A DNA stretch of 62,486 nt from a virus (lineage: Duplodnaviria; Caudoviricetes), in IMG/VR virus record IMGVR_UViG_3300045741_000082, positions 1 to 62,486 of that record; one strand, given 5' to 3'. Position numbers and translations under genes: made by a program. Below the pieces are notes generated by a model. That model worked only from the letters and a program-made list of their open reading frames with translations. It had not been told where the DNA came from and searched no databases. Positions 58,599 through 62,486 of the stretch are shown here, in pieces. Position 1 is the stretch's first letter; each line of letters opens with the position of its first letter.

Positions 58599-58611
58599 TA
58601 TCAACACCTTA
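58599..58611 (+). promoter_or_regulatory. IHF-type site upstream of the -24/-12 element at 58636
   Basis: TATCAACACCTTA matches WATCAANNNNTTR exactly. Confidence 0.6.
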
Positions 58612-58704
58612 TATCGTGTATATTACTTATAAACATGGCACCAAATATGCATATAGTTTACCGTATGGAAAACAAGCCTATATTAAATCTAAGGGGGGTA
58701 TAAA

Positions 58705-58944
58705 ATGATCTTAATGGACTTAAATAAGAGAGAGTTAATAAAGAATAAGCTACACAAAGATAAACTACCTAAATACTACTTTAGCCTATACCTGTTATAT
58801 AGGCTTAACGACTCTATTTATGTTATAGGCTATAATGACATTGACATTATCATTAGGTTAGAGAGCATATTTAAAGCATCTAACAGAGAAACGGCAGTTA
58901 CTAGTAGCTATCCTTTTGAAGTAATGGATTGGAGTACAAAATAA
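58705..58944 (+). CDS. Hypothetical protein
   Basis: AGGGGGG SD; first gene downstream of the element at 58636. Confidence 0.6.
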   Translation: MILMDLNKRELIKNKLHKDKLPKYYFSLYLLYRLNDSIYVIGYNDIDIIIRLESIFKASNRETAVTSSYPFEVMDWSTK

Positions 58945-59059
58945 ACATATTAAACTTGTTAAACGAACACAATGCAGAACTAGGACTTAAACCCTTAGTA
59001 GTAGAACAGCCACCAGAACCTATTGAAACTATTAACGAAGAAGACCAAGAGGCAATAGA

Positions 59060-59275
59060 ATGATAATATCTAAGTACATAACCATCAACGATACCATAAT
59101 AGACACTACTAATATAACTAGTGTAACCTATATACCAGAAACAGGCCCTACTGATGAGTACGACTATAACAGTAGAATGTGCGTAGTATTCAATAACGGT
59201 TATACTGTATCTATCCACTGTACTGAGAAACAGTATAATGACCTACGAATACATCTAGGAGCTTTTTTTATATGA
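59060..59275 (+). CDS. Hypothetical protein
   Basis: 71 aa with GAGG SD. Confidence 0.65.
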   Translation: MIISKYITINDTIIDTTNITSVTYIPETGPTDEYDYNSRMCVVFNNGYTVSIHCTEKQYNDLRIHLGAFFI

Positions 59276-59405
59276 TTAACTCTATTAAGTACTTTCTATT
59301 CTGTTTACTTATGGCTACTGTTATGGTGTGTTTGGTGTGGCCGACTGTCATCTCGGATATATTGCTTTACAGATTTAAGGGTTACATTAACAAAGAGAAT
59401 AACTA

Positions 59406-59630
59406 ATGCTTAAAATAGGCCAGTTTCCAATAGGTTATCAATTTAAAGAGGAAATCTACCCTAAAGAAGTGATAATGACAGTTATTGGATACGATTCACT
59501 ACACCATTCGTACAGGATTAGGTGGGTAGAACATGATGGAAAAGTTGCTGTAGGTCCTTATTACTCACACGAATATATAGCTACCAAAGAGCCAGTTGAT
59601 AAGAACTATAAACTACTATATGGAGTTTAG
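59406..59630 (+). CDS. Small SH3-like protein with KxLY tag
   Basis: FPIGYQF; ends KNYKLLYGV*. Confidence 0.72.
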   Translation: MLKIGQFPIGYQFKEEIYPKEVIMTVIGYDSLHHSYRIRWVEHDGKVAVGPYYSHEYIATKEPVDKNYKLLYGV

Positions 59631-59632
59631 TT

Positions 59633-59872
59633 ATGAAAATAGTAACTGAAAGTCAAGCTTGGGATATGATAACTAGAAGCCTTATAGATACTAGTAGAGA
59701 GACATTAGTAAATATTATAATTGGTTATTTACGAGAATATGGTGATAGTACAACAGGTAAATTTACAGTATCGGGATTAGCTAATGTATTAGAAAGTCTT
59801 TTTGATGATAAGTTTAAAGTTGTGGCTGATTCTAGTGCAGCCCATATCTTATATAATGATAAGAAGAGTTAA
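59633..59872 (+). CDS. Small protein with tag variant
   Basis: SAAHILYNDK near the C-terminus. Confidence 0.7.
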   Translation: MKIVTESQAWDMITRSLIDTSRETLVNIIIGYLREYGDSTTGKFTVSGLANVLESLFDDKFKVVADSSAAHILYNDKKS

Positions 59873-59874
59873 CT

Positions 59875-60093
59875 GTGTATAAATTAGGTGATTGCTTTAG
59901 AAACAAACACACAGGCCATCTAGTTGAAATCATTGAGGTTCATACCACATTTGATGGCGTTAACTACTATACTGTAAAGAAGTTAAACAAACCCACTATA
60001 CAAACATTTCAAGTTAACTACTCGTTATTACAAAATAATTACGAAAAAAGCAACTTGGCACAGGTCTTGTATAGTAATAAGAGTAACAAGTGA
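59875..60093 (+). CDS. Small SH3/KOW-like protein with tag variant
   Basis: YKLGDCF; NLAQVLYSNK near the C-terminus. Confidence 0.72.
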   Translation: MYKLGDCFRNKHTGHLVEIIEVHTTFDGVNYYTVKKLNKPTIQTFQVNYSLLQNNYEKSNLAQVLYSNKSNK

Positions 60094-60100
60094 GGTTATT

Positions 60101-60334
60101 ATGAAAATCCAATTAAGTGCAAAATGTAGCGATCTATTTAGTTGCTCTGTAACTGATAATAAAGACAATCTATTAGTTGATGGTTATGATGGATATGTGC
60201 CAGCATTTATGCCAGATGAGCATTATGGCGACTACGTAATACTTGATATTGACGTTAAAACAGGTCAAATCCTTAATTGGAGAAAAGATGCTGAAAAGTT
60301 AGTAAGACAATTCATTAAAGAAGAGACTAAATAA
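60101..60334 (+). CDS. Hypothetical phage protein
   Basis: GAGG SD; AKCSD...YDGYVP..MP..HYGDYVILDID. Confidence 0.75.
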   Translation: MKIQLSAKCSDLFSCSVTDNKDNLLVDGYDGYVPAFMPDEHYGDYVILDIDVKTGQILNWRKDAEKLVRQFIKEETK

Positions 60335-60690
60335 GAGTTTATTATGAATATATTAATACAAACCACACTAACTCTATTACTATTAAGCTTATCTATATTT
60401 GCTATAGTGTTATTAATACCATATTTTCCCTTATTCATACTTATATGGGCTATAAGCCAATATGTAACAGGAGCACAGCACAAATGAATAGATTTAAAGT
60501 CAATTGTATTAAAATACAACTATATTTACAGTCTTATATGAATTTCTTACGTAAAAGAGATTCTTTATGATTAAAAGAGTATTCAATACGTTAGTTCTTA
60601 TTTTAGGGTGTTATTTGTTGTTGGTGGCGGTTTCTTTAACCATAAACTTAATATACTTATATTTTAAGTATTTGTTTTAAGAGGTATTTA

Positions 60691-60909
60691 ATGGGTTTTA
60701 TTAATAGTAATGATAGTTATGGTATTTGGTACGATAGAGATAACGTAAAGCATTATGGATTAATAGGACTATACGATAGTGATACTGATCTAGTAGAGTT
60801 TATTATGCTACCTGACTACAAACGAATTATTATATCAATTGACAGTATTGATTTAGTACAATGTCCAATAGAAAAGAAAGCAATTAAGGTATTATATGAA
60901 AGTAAGTAA
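60691..60909 (+). CDS. Small protein with KxLY tag
   Basis: GAGG SD; ends KAIKVLYESK*. Confidence 0.72.
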   Translation: MGFINSNDSYGIWYDRDNVKHYGLIGLYDSDTDLVEFIMLPDYKRIIISIDSIDLVQCPIEKKAIKVLYESK

Positions 60910-61339
60910 ATTATTAATACTATTGACTTTAATACAAACAGCTTGCACTCCGATTGGAAAACCATTAATGCCAAGAACAAATCCTTTGGTAGTACCTTAT
61001 GTTAAACAATGGGAAAATATAACTAATAGAAAGCAGCACACACCAATTATAATAGGTACAGTAAGTGATGAATTTTTTGGTATTTGTTATAAGTCTAGCG
61101 ACCCTTATTATAATATTATTATTCTTAATAAAAACTTTTTCTATGGTTTAGATAGTACTGAAAAATTAGAATTAGTTATGCATGAGTTAGGACACTGTGA
61201 TTTGGGTTATGAGCACAATAGTAAACCTGCATTAATAGATGGTTGTCCTTATAGTATAATGAATGCTTATCTATTTAATTCATCATGCTTTAATGCTGAT
61301 TATGATCATTATATAAGTGAATATTTAAATGAAGAGTAA
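60896..61339 (+). CDS. Lipoprotein zinc metallopeptidase (metzincin-like)
   Basis: Signal peptide with lipobox-like QTAC; HELGHCDLGYEH zinc motif; Met-turn SIM. Confidence 0.78.
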   Translation: MKVSKLLILLTLIQTACTPIGKPLMPRTNPLVVPYVKQWENITNRKQHTPIIIGTVSDEFFGICYKSSDPYYNIIILNKNFFYGLDSTEKLELVMHELGHCDLGYEHNSKPALIDGCPYSIMNAYLFNSSCFNADYDHYISEYLNEE

Positions 61340-61387
61340 AATGTTAAGAGTTACAATAAAACAAATAACCTATAAAGGAGAGTTATT

Positions 61388-62486
61388 ATGAAAAGAATGA
61401 TAATTAGTTTAGCGGTATTGGCTGCTATTGGATGTTCGCCAAAGAAGGAAAAGGTAAGAATAGTAAATGGCAAAGATGGTACAAATTGTTCTACCGAAGC
61501 TGCAGTAAATGGAGTTTCTATCAAATGTGGAGATAGTGAACCTTTAACAGTTACCAATGGTAAAGATGGTGCTAAAGGTGATCAAGGTCTTAAAGGAGAC
61601 AAAGGCGATAAAGGAGATCAAGGTTTTACAGGACTAACTGGTTCTGTAGGTGCCACTGGAGCACAAGGTATTCAAGGCGTAGCTGGTACTAATGGTAAAG
61701 ATGGAGTTAATGGTAAGAATGGACTAGATGGTAAAAATGGGTCTCATGTTTATTCAGCTAATAGAAATCCTTTAGTAACTGATTCTGGAGCTAATGATGA
61801 TGTGTTTATAAATACAGTTACGTTTGATTTTTATCAAATGGTGGCTGGAGTTTGGACACTTAAAGGAAACATGAAGGGTTCCAATGGTTTAAATGGTAAA
61901 GATGGAGCAACTATTTATAGTGCCAATAGGCCACCAGTAGACACAGAAGGTTCTAACAATGATCTATTTGTTGACAATACTACTTTTAACTTTTATCAGA
62001 AAGTAAATAATATGTGGGTACTTAAAGGAAATATCAAAGGCGCTAAAGGAGATACTGGTAGTCAGGGTATAGCTGGTACTAATGGTTCTAATGGATTAAC
62101 AGGTGCAACGGGAGCTAATGGGGCGGTAGGCCCTCAAGGTCCTAAAGGCGACACAGGTAGCGTTGGCCCAACTGGAGCTACTGGCCCTAAGGGTGCAACT
62201 GGAGATGTCGGTCCTCAAGGCCTTATTGGTCCTCAAGGCCCTGCAGGTACTAGTGGAGCAAACTTCACAGAATATACATTTGCTGCACAAAAAGTTTGTT
62301 ATAAAATCAATGATCTATATTTTTTGCAAGAAAGTACTTCTATTAAGGTATTTAGTGATAGTTTATGTAAGACTCAAGTTGCAGCACTTCAAGGTGATGA
62401 TGTGACTCTATATCATAATAAAGTACTGTATGTCGGAGATGAAATTGTTAATGATGTGAATTACTCTCAAGCAAAGATGGCTATTA
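61388..62486 (+). CDS. Collagen-like lipoprotein (runs off the window; absent from the ORF track)
   Basis: AAGGAG SD; MKRMIISLAVLAAIG-C lipobox; long G-X-Y tracts (GKDGAKGDQGLKGDKGDKG...) and two repeated globular modules. Confidence 0.85.
   Translation, partial: MKRMIISLAVLAAIGCSPKKEKVRIVNGKDGTNCSTEAAVNGVSIKCGDSEPLTVTNGKDGAKGDQGLKGDKGDKGDQGFTGLTGSVGATGAQGIQGVAGTNGKDGVNGKNGLDGKNGSHVYSANRNPLVTDSGANDDVFINTVTFDFYQMVAGVWTLKGNMKGSNGLNGKDGATIYSANRPPVDTEGSNNDLFVDNTTFNFYQKVNNMWVLKGNIKGAKGDTGSQGIAGTNGSNGLTGATGANGAVGPQGPKGDTGSVGPTGATGPKGATGDVGPQGLIGPQGPAGTSGANFTEYTFAAQKVCYKINDLYFLQESTSIKVFSDSLCKTQVAALQGDDVTLYHNKVLYVGDEIVNDVNYSQAKMAI

Larger units (their letters stand above)
55780..58651. promoter_or_regulatory. 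Cluster of ten sigma-54-type -24/-12 elements
   Basis: TGGCAY-N5-(T/A/C)TGCW at 55780-55795(-), 56450-56465(-), 57062-57077(+), 57868-57883(-), 58077-58092(+), 58149-58164(+), 58213-58228(+), 58232-58247(-) and 58636-58651(+); variant TGGAAT-N5-TTGCA at 56684-56699(+). All keep GG-N10-GC spacing. Confidence 0.8.

Noticed and set aside
57843-58703. ORFs 57843-58049 (-) and 58368-58703 (+)
   Set aside because: Low-complexity AT-rich translations without SD that overlap the regulatory array; probably non-coding.
1-62486. Stop-codon reassignment, tRNA genes, integrase or diversity-generating retroelement
   Set aside because: Genes tile densely under code 11 using TAA, TAG and TGA as stops; no cloverleaf, recombinase or reverse transcriptase motifs were seen by eye.

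Overview
About 62 kb of an AT-rich tailed-phage (myovirus) genome read with the standard genetic code. Positions 484-50600 hold one long minus-strand morphogenesis and lysis block. In transcription order it encodes TerS, TerL, a portal split by a group I intron carrying a LAGLIDADG endonuclease, scaffold, major capsid, a large repeat fibre or decoration protein, holin, neck proteins, sheath, three tube paralogues, a tail chaperone with a -1 frameshift, tape measure, an eCIS-like baseplate, tail fibre, small charged proteins and an M15 endolysin. Positions 50700-62486 (and 1-405) are an accessory region of small genes. Two unusual systems stand out there. (1) About 20 otherwise dissimilar small proteins, many SH3/KOW/Tudor-like, share a near-C-terminal [K]-[VIL]-L-[YF]-[G/N/E] peptide. 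(2) A 2.9 kb stretch holds ten sigma-54-type -24/-12 elements, more than 20 copies of a GTMTCA-N3-TGAKAC palindrome and IHF-like sites; some elements face each other or sit antisense inside genes. Also notable are a minimal group I intron lacking P2 and P9, a ~150 nt structured RNA upstream of the portal, and a small beta-domain reused across many virion proteins. All functional calls come from motifs and gene order read by eye; no database searches were run.
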